From positions 896,001 to 960,000 of the forward strand of contig CAWDTA010000002.1 of the NCBI GenBank assembly GCA_963805085.1: 64,000 nt of DNA, written 5' to 3'. Source of the stretch: an uncultured Veillonellaceae bacterium. Lineage in GTDB: Bacteria; Bacillota; Negativicutes; JARBTT01. The position numbers were made by a program, and so were the translations under genes. Of the stretch, positions 38,693-48,708 are shown piece after piece (position 1 is the stretch's first letter; each line of letters starts with the position of its first letter). Under the pieces are notes generated by a model. It worked only from the letters and a program-made list of their open reading frames with translations. It was not told the DNA's origin and searched no databases.

Positions 38693-40087
38693 ATGTCGAA
38701 GATCATCCTAGGACAAAGTATAGAAAAATGGCAAGAAAAATATCCATTATTGCAAGAACTTATGAAGCTTAAAGAAGTAATATGGGTAAATTCTTCGTTG
38801 GTAAATTGTAAAGATAGAGTGATTGCAAAGGATGTAAGGCGTGCAGATATAGAAGATGCACAAGCACGGTTAGTAAGGTTTGCACCGTATATTGCCAAAG
38901 TATTTCCGGAAACTAAGCCAGTCCAGGGGATGATTGAATCTCCCTTAGTGAAAATAGAAAAAATGCAACATAAATTGCAAGACTTATACAAGTATGACTT
39001 GCCAGGCGATTTATATCTTAAATGCGATAGTCACTTACCTATTTCTGGCTCCATTAAAGCCCGCGGTGGCATTTATGAAGTGCTAAAGGTCGCAGAAACG
39101 ATTGCGTTAGAATCAAAGCAATTGACACTGCAAGATAGTTATGAGGTGCTGGCGCAACCAGAATATAAAAAATTATTTTCAACGTATTCTATTGCGGTTG
39201 GTTCTACTGGGAATTTAGGACTGAGTATCGGTATTATGGGCGCTGTTCTTGGGTTTAAGGTTGTGGTTCATATGTCTGCGGATGCTAAGCAATGGAAAAA
39301 AGATATGCTGCGGTCTAAAGGTGTTACGGTCGTAGAATATGATGCCGATTATGGCGAGGCGGTGGCGGCGGGACGACGACAGGCAGAAAATGATCCTACC
39401 TGTCATTTTATTGATGATGAGAATTCTAAAGATTTATTTTTAGGCTATGCCGTAGCGGCCAAACGGTTGAAAGAGCAACTGGCAGAGCAGAACATTATCG
39501 TCGATGAAGAGCATCCGCTGTTTGTATATTTACCTTGTGGTGTAGGCGGTGGACCAGGGGGCATTACCTTTGGCCTTAGAACCTTCTTTGGCAATCATGT
39601 GCATTGCTTTTTTGCCGAACCAACCCATTCTCCCGCAATGCTATTAGGGTTAATGACAGGACTGCATGATAAGATTGCGGTGCAAGATTTTGGGATTGAT
39701 AATGTTACTGCCGCGGATGGCCTGGCAGTAGGTCGTCCATCAGGCTTTGTTGGGAAAACCTTAGAGAAAGATATTAGCGGTGTCGTTACGAGTGCCGATG
39801 AAACTTTATATACCTTACTGCGGCTATTAGCAGATGAGGAAAATATTTATTTAGAACCATCCGCTTTGGCAGGCTTTTTAGGCCCTGTGAAATTATTTGC
39901 GGAATCTTGCGGGCAGCAGTACTTGGCGCAGCAAAAGCTGACAGAATGTATGTCAAAAGCAACGCATATTGTCTGGGCTACTGGTGGCAGTATGGTACCA
40001 AAGGCGATGATGGAGTATTTTTATCAACAAGGGGAGCAAGAACATATAGGAGGCAAGCAATATGGAAAAAGTATTAGCAAGTATTGA
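38693..40087 (+). CDS. dsdA: D-serine ammonia-lyase
   Basis: [18 protein letters not shown] (PLP Lys), [24 protein letters not shown]. Confidence 0.95.
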   Translation: MSKIILGQSIEKWQEKYPLLQELMKLKEVIWVNSSLVNCKDRVIAKDVRRADIEDAQARLVRFAPYIAKVFPETKPVQGMIESPLVKIEKMQHKLQDLYKYDLPGDLYLKCDSHLPISGSIKARGGIYEVLKVAETIALESKQLTLQDSYEVLAQPEYKKLFSTYSIAVGSTGNLGLSIGIMGAVLGFKVVVHMSADAKQWKKDMLRSKGVTVVEYDADYGEAVAAGRRQAENDPTCHFIDDENSKDLFLGYAVAAKRLKEQLAEQNIIVDEEHPLFVYLPCGVGGGPGGITFGLRTFFGNHVHCFFAEPTHSPAMLLGLMTGLHDKIAVQDFGIDNVTAADGLAVGRPSGFVGKTLEKDISGVVTSADETLYTLLRLLADEENIYLEPSALAGFLGPVKLFAESCGQQYLAQQKLTECMSKATHIVWATGGSMVPKAMMEYFYQQGEQEHIGGKQYGKSISKY

Positions 40088-41204
40088 GGCACAAGAAGAA
40101 AATATCATTGCTTTTTTAGAAAAAATGGTCAACATTGATTCTGGCAAAGATGATCCAGAGGGAAATCTGCAAGTAGCAGAAATGATTGGTACGAAATTAA
40201 CGGCGATGGGCTTTGCCGTAGAGTATATAAAATGCGATGGTATTTGCACGCATGTAAAAGGCTTCAAAAAAGGTACTGGTAATAAAAAAGTTATGGTCAT
40301 GGGGCATTTGGACACAATTCAGCCCAAAGGTTCAGCAAAAGATCGTCCTTTTGTAATTAAAGATGGGAAAGCATATGGCCCTGGGGTTTTGGATATGAAG
40401 GGCGGGATTGCTGTAACATTGTTTGCGCTGCAGGCTTTATATGAAGAAGGATGGGATGATAAAGATGTCACAGTATTTTTCTGTGGTGACGAAGAACACG
40501 CGCATCCGCATACAAATGTGACAGAACTCTTTGCAAAAGAAGCCTATGGTAAAGATGCCATATTCAATATGGAAACGGCCAGCATGGGGCATTCTGCATT
40601 GATTGGTCGTAAAGGTAATTTATATGCAGAACTAGAGGTAAAGGGCACTTCGGCACATGCCGGAGCCGATATGGAAAAAGGTGCAAATGCGATTATTGAA
40701 TTGGCACATAAGGCGATTGTCATTAGTGAGCTCACGGATTTTCCCAAAGGGTTAACTTGGAATGTGGGGGCGATTGAAGGTGGTTTAATCTCAAATGCTG
40801 TGCCAGATCGCGCCAAAATAAAAATCGATATCCGCTATTTCAAAGAAACGGATAGAGATCATGCCATTAAATGTTTAAAGAAAATAGCTGCTACGAATTA
40901 TGTTGCTGGGACGACTACAAAAATCGTGAATATGCAAGAACGTTTTCCACCAATGGTCGTAACGGAGGGCAATCAGCAATTATTTGATATTGTGCAAGCG
41001 CAAGGTAAAAAAATTGGTTTAGCTATGGTTGCCAAAGTCGGGGGCGGTTCTTCTGATGCTGGCTGGACGGCGTGTGCCAATGTACCGAGTCTATGTGGTA
41101 TGGGTGCCATCGGAGAGTTTAATCATACGATGCGTGAATATATTTTTGTCGACAGCTTAGTGCAACGGGCAAAATTATTAGCGTTATCAATTGAGGCGTT
41201 GTAA
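40062..41204 (+). CDS. M20 metallopeptidase (second paralog)
   Basis: [34 protein letters not shown]. Confidence 0.9.
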   Translation: MEKVLASIEAQEENIIAFLEKMVNIDSGKDDPEGNLQVAEMIGTKLTAMGFAVEYIKCDGICTHVKGFKKGTGNKKVMVMGHLDTIQPKGSAKDRPFVIKDGKAYGPGVLDMKGGIAVTLFALQALYEEGWDDKDVTVFFCGDEEHAHPHTNVTELFAKEAYGKDAIFNMETASMGHSALIGRKGNLYAELEVKGTSAHAGADMEKGANAIIELAHKAIVISELTDFPKGLTWNVGAIEGGLISNAVPDRAKIKIDIRYFKETDRDHAIKCLKKIAATNYVAGTTTKIVNMQERFPPMVVTEGNQQLFDIVQAQGKKIGLAMVAKVGGGSSDAGWTACANVPSLCGMGAIGEFNHTMREYIFVDSLVQRAKLLALSIEAL

Positions 41205-41287
41205 AAATTATAAAAGTAAAGTAGGAACAAGACTGAGTATTAAAAATTGTAGTCGATAAAAAACAAGTGACAAAGAAACTAGATAAC

Positions 41288-41326
41288 AAAAAGAGCGAAT
41301 GCTGACATGCATTCGCTCTTATCAAT
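41288..41326. terminator. Terminator, near-copy of 31613-31648
   Basis: AAAAGAGCGAATGC-tgacat-GCATTCGCTCTT. Confidence 0.65.
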
Positions 41327-41444
41327 ATCGCCCTCTACTGCGATAAGAAAAGCGGCATACATGAACAAAGAAAACTTTCATTCTTCATGTATGCCGCCAT
41401 TGGCAATACTATTATTTTGTCGTAGTGATTAATCTACAAAAATG

Positions 41445-41585
41445 TTAAGCTTTTTTGACGATGATTAACTTACAATTGTGACACTTTGGTAGGTAGGCAT
41501 CGTATTCTTCAGGTGATACAGCAGCATTTGCATAGCATTTACCTTTCATACAATATACGCATTGACAATTTTCTTCTTGGCTCAT
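41445..41585 (-). CDS. 46-aa cysteine-rich small protein (absent from ORF track)
   Basis: GAAAGGGAG SD 8 nt before ATG; MSQEENCQCVYCMKGKCYANAAVSPEEYDAYLPKCHNCKLIIVKKA. Confidence 0.6.
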   Translation of the reverse strand: MSQEENCQCVYCMKGKCYANAAVSPEEYDAYLPKCHNCKLIIVKKA

Positions 41586-41922
41586 AGAGGGCACTCCCTT
41601 TCAATAATTTGATTTTTATTTCAGATGGAAAAATCCAATCCTGAAAGTAATGAAAAATATTTTTATAATGTATATTCTTAAATCAATCTACATTTTTTAT
41701 TATAGCTATATTAAAAAAATAGTAAATAACTTTACAGTATGTATACAAAATAATTGAATTGTATACAGTATATGATAATACAAAGTAAAACTTAAATGTA
41801 TAATTAGTATAAATATCCATAGAATATACTTAGTGGTTATGACCTTTAACAAGATTCATACTTGAAATGCATTTTTAAGAGTGATAGAATAAAAATGTTG
41901 CGGTAAGGATAAAATTTAATAT

Positions 41923-41996
41923 GCGGGCGTAGCTCAATGGTAGAGCGCTTGCTTCCCAAGCAAGACACGAGGGTTCGATTCCCTTCGCCCGCTCCA
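41923..41996 (+). tRNA. tRNA-Gly(CCC); probable island attachment site
   Basis: GCGGGCGTAGCTCAATGG..CTTGC TTCCCAA GCAAG..TTCGATTC..CCA. Confidence 0.96.
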
Positions 41997-42007
41997 CAAG
42001 TAAATTA

Positions 42008-42041
42008 AGCCCTCACAGGGATTCCTGTGAGGGCTATTTTT
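42008..42041 (+). terminator. Terminator after tRNA-Gly
   Basis: AGCCCTCACAGG-gatt-CCTGTGAGGGCT-ATTTTT. Confidence 0.75.
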
Positions 42042-42146
42042 GTGTGAAAACACCTTATTTACACCTTATGGTGAATGAAATGAGAATGACAGCTTCAATT
42101 TCAACCCAAATCTATTGCAAGGCTATTTTTTATAGGTATATTTAGT

Positions 42147-44186
42147 CTAGTAATCATATGGAGAGTAATTGTCGAATATTTCTGCCATATATTGCCCAAA
42201 GGCAGTTTTATTCTCTGATATATTAAGTGTCATTTGTTGAGATGTATTTAAGAAAGTTTGAAATCCGGTTTCATTAAATTTGAGACCAGAAATTCCGCGA
42301 TGATTACTTTTGTTATTTTTTAAGTAGCGGTGAGCAAGTTCTGACTCTTGCTCTGTATTAGTTAAGCATTTAAGATCTTTACCAGCTTTTCGCTCAATAT
42401 ACATATCTTTTAGTTTATCTTTAAATTTTGTAGTGTTAGAAACTGATATATCTTTATATAAAGTATTAAACCATTCTTTATATCTTGGATAAATATCATC
42501 TTCAGCATCTGCGAAATCATTGGAATCGTCCTTTTGCGAATGATTTGCTTTTTTAAAATCAAAAGTATCGATATAAAACTCCTTAATAAAACTGTAAATA
42601 GTTTCATTCGGATCAGGAATGGAATGTTTTTCATAGTTGGTTGTAGATTCAGCAATTAAATCGTGACCAAGAAGACTAATGCCGTAATTTAAAAAACCTG
42701 TAACAAGAAAAAATAGTTCATAAGCATCAAGGGGGTCATAATTAGCATTTTGTAATTTGCTTCCACAAATAATTACGTCATGTGGTATGGTGTCAGAACC
42801 ATTAGGAATATCATTAGAAGTTTGATAGATTTTAACGTAATGTGAATTGCTACGATAGGTTAGTTTATCGTTAAAAATATTATCGCTATAACAGGTTATA
42901 GCCGTACCAGTAATTAGTTTTGAAAAAATTCCGTTATCAATAGGTGTATTTGTTGTATCAATATTTAAAATATTGCCAAGAATTTTTTCTTTAATTAACT
43001 GATTGATGTTTTCTTTGTTGCATAAAAATTTAGATGAATGTTCGGTGACGTCATAAAATTGGCTAATAGGATAATATCTTCGAAGAGCAACATCTAAAGG
43101 ATCACTATAATCAAGATTTTTAGGGCTTAAAATATAGGAAAATATATCCATCAAAAAATCTCTAATATATTTAGGGTTATCTGAGATTATAATGGTTAAA
43201 TGGTTTAATTGGTTACTGGGGGTCATTTCTTTTAAAAATTCGCGACCTATAAATATTTTGGCAAGCATAACAGCAAGTTGCTTTATAACTAGAATACTTC
43301 CATGAGATATGGCGTAGAGTGTGGGAATTAGTTTAGAAAAATGCTGATCAGGAGAAAAAAAGTATGATTGATTATTGCAAGCTTTTTGTGTTTCTATAAA
43401 CTGTTTATCAAGGTCAATAACTGTATTTGGACTAATATGGAATTTTAGTAAAAGAAACTAGCTAAATTCACTTAATCCTTTTTGGATTTGTTCTTCCCAG
43501 CTAGTTGTTGTACTGATTATTTTCGTTCCTTTGCATGAGCCAAAAAATGTTTTAGCAAGCTGGGAAGAAATAATTTGATATGAATGTGAATATGTAATAT
43601 TAAGTGACATATTTCTTGCCCCACCATTGTTCTTTAAGAATTCACGATGGGTGGATATAAAGGCTGTGAGTTCATCGTCAGTGGGTTTCTGTTTTTTTAG
43701 CATACCATATATATTGCCTTGAGTAGTAGAATTTTGATTTTTGGGTTTATTTTCGGGTTCATAAGTTTGAACTATTATAGTTGTGGGTGTAAACAAGTTT
43801 TTTAGAGGGGTAAAATCGTCCTTTGAAAGATAAACTTGAGAATTTTTACTGGAATAATAAAAAAGATTATCATCAATAACACTATATTCAATAGAATAAG
43901 TAGCAAGTATACAATTTGTGCAAAGTGGTGAAATAAAAGAAATATAAGGGCACTGCTGATTAAGACAAATACTACTACGATATTTTCCAAAGGAAACAAG
44001 TTGATTTTGTTTCCTTTGTTCTGATTGCAAATTCATTTTATAGTTGTTGAAAGATTTTTCTATGTTGTCTAAATAAAAGAATTTTTCAACGTGGTCTTCT
44101 AAATTGAATATATCTGTTTCTGTTATACGAGGAATATCTTTTTCAAGGGTAGAAGAAAAATCATAAGAAGGTTTTGTATTAGACAT
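42147..44186 (-). pseudogene. Single ~679-codon orphan reading frame split by one in-frame TAG (ORFs 43458-44186 and 42147-43268)
   Basis: After TAG at 43458-43460 the same frame reads 63 sense codons (FLLLKFHISPNT...KQLAV) straight into MLAKIF; AAAGGA SD before ATG 44186. Confidence 0.65.
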
Positions 44187-44249
44187 AAAAGGTTCCTTTC
44201 GACATGTAAGTAATATTCATGATTTACATTTGTTAGTATAAATGGACTT

Positions 44250-44450
44250 TTCGCCAGCATTTCGCCACGGATTCGCCAGCATTTTTGTAACAAATAATAG
44301 AATAATTTCATACTTCGGTATAATAGATGAAAATCCTTTACACAAATAATTTAGAAGATGCGAGAATTATAGGTCTGTTAGGGGTTAAATATTAATTTGT
44401 TCTGCGTATAGATTGCGTTTTCGCCATAAGATTTGCCAGGGTCTGTGCCA
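44250..44450 (+). repeat. Phased TTCGCCA heptamer repeats
   Basis: TTCGCCA at 44250, 44261, 44272 (11-bp period); TTCGCCA/TTTGCCA/TGTGCCA at 44420, 44432, 44444. Confidence 0.6.
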
Positions 44451-44761
44451 ATGTCAATTTTATAAATGCGCCGATATTTCATGAAAATATCAGTGAGAAT
44501 TTAGACTGTAGAGAGGGAAACAGGTAAACGTGATTATGTGAATTTAATTTTAAATATAAACTAACTATCTAGTAAATGATTATATATGAGTATACTACTA
44601 TATATAAGATTGCCAAGGAGCAAAGCCGATTAAGAATAATTAACTATGATTATGTATATAGAATTATAACTACAAGGTAGAGTTTGTATAACAATTTAAA
44701 ATTGTCCTAACAAAATGGTAGATCAAAAAAATGATCTGCCATTTTTATTTAGGAGGAATTT

Positions 44762-45205
44762 ATGATGAAAGATAATCAAGTGGATAAGAAATCGAAAAAT
44801 GATACGTTGCTAACAGCAAGAGTTGGCACAGAAAGAAAGGCGAAATTTATAGCAATGTGTGAAGAGGCAAAGAAATCTCAGAGTACGGCATTGAGAGAAC
44901 TAATTGATAATGGGAAGGTAGAAATTATTCCTAATGGTGAAGAACTTATAAAAGATGTAGCAGAGATGCGTAAAAAAGTTAATCAGTATAGCTTAAAGAT
45001 GTCTGATGATATTCAAGCTATAAAAAAAGATATACAAGAAATTAATTCGTGTATACAGAGTTATGGATCAGAAAGTGAGCTAGTCAAGATGTATTTAGCA
45101 AAAGCATCGCTGCGGTTGAATGATTTTCAACAGCAATATAACGAAAAAATAACGATATGTACTCGAGTTTTCCCTGCGAGGAGTGGTAATCATGGCAATT
45201 TTTGA
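44762..45205 (+). CDS. MobC-like relaxosome accessory protein (RHH plus coiled coil)
   Basis: LTARV..E.K..F...C......QS..LR.LI ribbon-helix-helix pattern; overlaps relaxase start. Confidence 0.55.
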   Translation: MMKDNQVDKKSKNDTLLTARVGTERKAKFIAMCEEAKKSQSTALRELIDNGKVEIIPNGEELIKDVAEMRKKVNQYSLKMSDDIQAIKKDIQEINSCIQSYGSESELVKMYLAKASLRLNDFQQQYNEKITICTRVFPARSGNHGNF

Positions 45206-45695
45206 GGTTAAGAAAGAAAAAAATAAAGATGTAATGCAGTTGTTTCGCAAATTGAATTATATTACGGATTGGTGCTCAACTAGGCAATATTTGATATATG
45301 GGAGTGCAGTTAGTGTCTTGGATGCCTATGAAGAAATGGTAGCAGTTAAAAAGGTATTTGATAAAACAGAACGAAGTGCATTCCGGCATTATGTGTTAAG
45401 CATTGAAGAAAATGAAGCCATTTCTTTAGTAAGCTTTAAGAATCTTGGTATTGAAGTATGTGAGCTGATTTCTAACTTTTATGGGAATTATCAAGTGCTG
45501 ATGGCTGTTCATATAGATACAGGTAATTTGCATATTCATTACGTTGAAAATAGTGTTGATTATTTAACAGGAGAAAGATTTGATCTTAATTGGAGACGGT
45601 TAGAAGAGTTAAAACATCGAATTAGTAAAATACTGCATAAGTATAAATTATCACCTGTAAAAATGAGAGATTTAGCCAATGTAGAAGAATTATGA
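45192..45695 (+). CDS. Short relaxase/mobilization nuclease (MOBP-like HUH)
   Basis: LNYI (catalytic Tyr), FRHYVLS, AVHIDTGNLHIHY HUH motif, NSVDYLTG. Confidence 0.8.
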   Translation: MAIFEVKKEKNKDVMQLFRKLNYITDWCSTRQYLIYGSAVSVLDAYEEMVAVKKVFDKTERSAFRHYVLSIEENEAISLVSFKNLGIEVCELISNFYGNYQVLMAVHIDTGNLHIHYVENSVDYLTGERFDLNWRRLEELKHRISKILHKYKLSPVKMRDLANVEEL

Positions 45696-45750
45696 TTCAC
45701 CAAATATAAGATTTTACAATGAAACAAACTATTGGATAATCAAAAGAAAG

Positions 45751-46008
45751 GTGATGAAAATGATTAAAGAAAAACTTAAATTTGAACACAATGCTTTTTT
45801 AACGGCAAAGCAGGTTGCGAATAATTTCTTTCAAGGTCATTTTAAATATCAATGTGTACTGAAAATGACAAGAGAAGGCAAGCTGCCAGCGGTTAAACAA
45901 GGAAAATCCTATGTATATTTGTTATCGGAATTGCAAAAATGGGTTGATAAAAATTTTAGTACACCTGCGTGGGCAGATAAAAATTTTAAATGGCATCAAA
46001 ATAATTAG
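45751..46008 (+). CDS. Excisionase-like HTH DNA-binding protein
   Basis: FLTAKQVA....VLKMTREGKLPAVKQGKSY..L..WV. Confidence 0.75.
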   Translation: MMKMIKEKLKFEHNAFLTAKQVANNFFQGHFKYQCVLKMTREGKLPAVKQGKSYVYLLSELQKWVDKNFSTPAWADKNFKWHQNN

Positions 46009-46035
46009 GGGTTAAAAGCAAATAGTTCTAATCGA

Positions 46036-46067
46036 GGAATGCATTCGTTTGAGTGCATTCCTTTTTT
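46036..46067 (+). terminator. Terminator between xis and int
   Basis: GGAATGCATTC-gttt-GAGTGCATTCC-TTTTTT. Confidence 0.6.
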
Positions 46068-46085
46068 ATTTGGGGGGAATAGAAA

Positions 46086-47288
46086 ATGGCAGGGTCAATA
46101 CAAGAGTTAGGTAATAATCGATGGGAGCTTAGAATATCTAATGGATATGATTCAAATCATAAGCAAAGAAGAATAACTAAGACGATTCAAGCAACGTCAC
46201 GTAGACAAGCACAGAAAGCTTTGGACGAATTGAACCTTTCTCTTACAAAAAAGTCTAAAGATAGTGGTGATAATAAAATAACTTTTGGGCAGTTTCTTCA
46301 GTTATGGGATAATCGACATAATTCAAAGTTAAGTATAAGTACTAAAATAGGTCATCAGAATTTGTTGGAAAGTAGAATTATCCCCGTTTTTTATGGAATT
46401 AAGCTAAAAAAAATAACGCCTGAATTAATTTTAGATTTTATCAAGATGCTTAGAGAGCCTAAAAGGAATGCAAATACAGGTGGTGAACTCTCGGCAACAA
46501 GTGTTCATGCTCACTATAAACTTATAAATCACATATTGAATAAAGCCGTAGAATGGGGTTATTTAGCAAGTAATCCATGCAATGAAATTCCAAAAGATGA
46601 GCGTCCACGTCCGGCTTATCAACGACTTCCTATATGGAATGAACAAGAATTAAAAAGATTTTTATTACTGTTGAAGGGGTTAAAAGATAGTCCTACAAAG
46701 ATTAAGCAGGAATTGATGTTTTATATTGCTTTGCTTACAGGAGCACGGCGAGGTGAACTAAGTGCATTAACTTGGGATTGTATTAATTATGAGGAAAAAT
46801 CTATTTATATCAATAAAGCAACAAAGTTTGCAGAAGGAACACAACGATCCTTTGATAAACCAAAAACGAAAGAGTCTATAAGAAAATTATATATAGACGA
46901 GCATGTTGTAAATTTATTTAAAAAACACAAAGAGTATCAAGATAAATATTTGAGTAAATATGGTTATAAAAATCCTAAACAGATTGTGTTTTTAGCAGTT
47001 AGAAAATCAGGCAATGAATTAATGCCAATCAGTGCCAGTTGCTTATATACATGGCTTAATAAGTTTAGTAAAGATAATGGATTTAGCCATATAACAGTTC
47101 ATTCTCTACGACACATGGCAGCGACTTATGCTTTGAATTATGGAGCACCGCTGACAGCAGTACAAACCATGCTGGGGCATACAAATATAAGAACAACTTC
47201 TATTTATCTTCATGCTATTGAAGAAAAAAGAAAAGAGGTAGCAGGAGTGTTATCAAATAATTTGCAAATATTGAGGGGAGAAAATTAA
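46086..47288 (+). CDS. Tyrosine recombinase/integrase (Tn916/phage-like)
   Basis: N-terminal arm-binding beta domain; TGARRGE, KPKT, HSLRH, MLGH, SIYLH catalytic residues. Confidence 0.95.
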   Translation: MAGSIQELGNNRWELRISNGYDSNHKQRRITKTIQATSRRQAQKALDELNLSLTKKSKDSGDNKITFGQFLQLWDNRHNSKLSISTKIGHQNLLESRIIPVFYGIKLKKITPELILDFIKMLREPKRNANTGGELSATSVHAHYKLINHILNKAVEWGYLASNPCNEIPKDERPRPAYQRLPIWNEQELKRFLLLLKGLKDSPTKIKQELMFYIALLTGARRGELSALTWDCINYEEKSIYINKATKFAEGTQRSFDKPKTKESIRKLYIDEHVVNLFKKHKEYQDKYLSKYGYKNPKQIVFLAVRKSGNELMPISASCLYTWLNKFSKDNGFSHITVHSLRHMAATYALNYGAPLTAVQTMLGHTNIRTTSIYLHAIEEKRKEVAGVLSNNLQILRGEN

Positions 47289-47549
47289 ATGAGCGTATAT
47301 GGTGTTTATGGTAAAAATGGTGGTGGAATTTATACTGATTGGTGTTTAGTATTGCAATCAAAAAAATATATTAAAGGATTTAAAGGTAAAAAGTTCAAGA
47401 ATGTTAATGAAGCAGCAAGTTTTGTTGTTAGTAGATTAGAAGAAGATTATGGAATTGTTAGCGTAGGTGAAGTGCCTTTGAACTCGTTTAAAAAATATAA
47501 TTGGTTTTATAGGTTGGAGCAGTTGAGGGGGGCGAATAGGGCTGTATAG
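47289..47549 (+). CDS. Stand-alone viroplasmin / RNase H1 N-terminal hybrid-binding domain protein
   Basis: YGV....GGIYTDW........GF..KKF....EA..F pattern. Confidence 0.65.
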   Translation: MSVYGVYGKNGGGIYTDWCLVLQSKKYIKGFKGKKFKNVNEAASFVVSRLEEDYGIVSVGEVPLNSFKKYNWFYRLEQLRGANRAV

Positions 47550-48489
47550 TTTAGAAGTACAGAGTAGATATCAATGAAATTTAATGTAAAAAATTAAAAC
47601 TTTTGGTCAGGCTGGATTCAAAATATAACAATAGAGCCTTGACTGAAAGCTTTTTTATACCAAGCATTCAATGGATGATGCAATAATTTTTCACCGATAG
47701 TAATGCGGGAGCTTTTGTGTAAAATCCATATAGTGGGATAAAAGCTAAATCGACTTTCACAAAAAAAATTGACACTGTTGTTCCAATAAGGTATTGTTCA
47801 AATCCATAAAGATCAGCTCACGCAACGGAACTTTATACACCGGTGCTAAATCGGTTAAATTTGCTTGACGTCTTTTGCAAGATACATATCGTGTGGAAAA
47901 GTTATTTGGTAAATAATGAAGTATCGAGCCTTTATCTGCGGAGAGACGATGTTAATAGCCTGTACAAAGTCGGATAAGCTATCGACGGATGGATGATATT
48001 TTCCTTAAGTGTCGCAGTAAAATACCTCCCAATATCATTTTTACTTTGTCTGATATTGGAAATTTACGCAGTTTTTAAATGATATCTGGTAAACAACAGT
48101 TTTGATATCATCATGATTGCCCTGTAGCTCTGTGGATTTTTATTATAGACGTATGGTTACAGTTACGTAGCAGCTAGTATGTCATTCGGCATAAAGTGAA
48201 TTAGCATTATGCGTTTCATGCATAATTTCACTGGTGTGGGTTTTCGTCTAAGATGCATATCGGTTTTCTGTAGCGCTTAATGTCGTGCAGCCTTAGTACG
48301 TTTCTTCTTTTATAATTTAATCGTAAGCTGCATCGTCAAATGTATATTTATGTATATTGGCGTCGGTTTACAGGTAAAAGAGGTGAATTATATACATAAG
48401 CATGTTATAATAATTTTATAACAGCAAAATAACCAAACATTTGAATTACACTAGGGTAAATGTAATCCGTTTCATCAAGGAGCGGACTA

Positions 48490-48694
48490 AAGAGCGGATT
48501 TTTTGAATGCAGATTGATGAAGCTTAATTAAATGATAGTGGCGTTAAAAATAGACAAAGACCAAAGGGCGTCAATGGATATCATAATCCATTCATAAGGT
48601 TGAGGATGTTTAGAAGTTTAAAATTTTCGAAGTTGATGAATGGATTCGTTCCGGCGGCTTGCCCGATAAGGGTGAATTAAGTTCTGTAGAATAG
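48490..48694 (+). pseudogene. Decayed excisionase-family HTH gene directly upstream of the defence locus
   Basis: Fragments IDEA, RQWI, HKV in shifting frames, then TAG-KFKIFEVDEWIRSGG (48611-48694). Confidence 0.55.
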
Positions 48695-48708
48695 CAAGAA
48701 ACAAGGAG

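Noticed and set aside
47550-48480. About 0.9 kb ORF-free region in the island; considered as ncRNA, CRISPR array or attR
   Set aside because: No regular repeat-spacer pattern and no copy of the tRNA-Gly 3' end; looks like decayed sequence I cannot assign.
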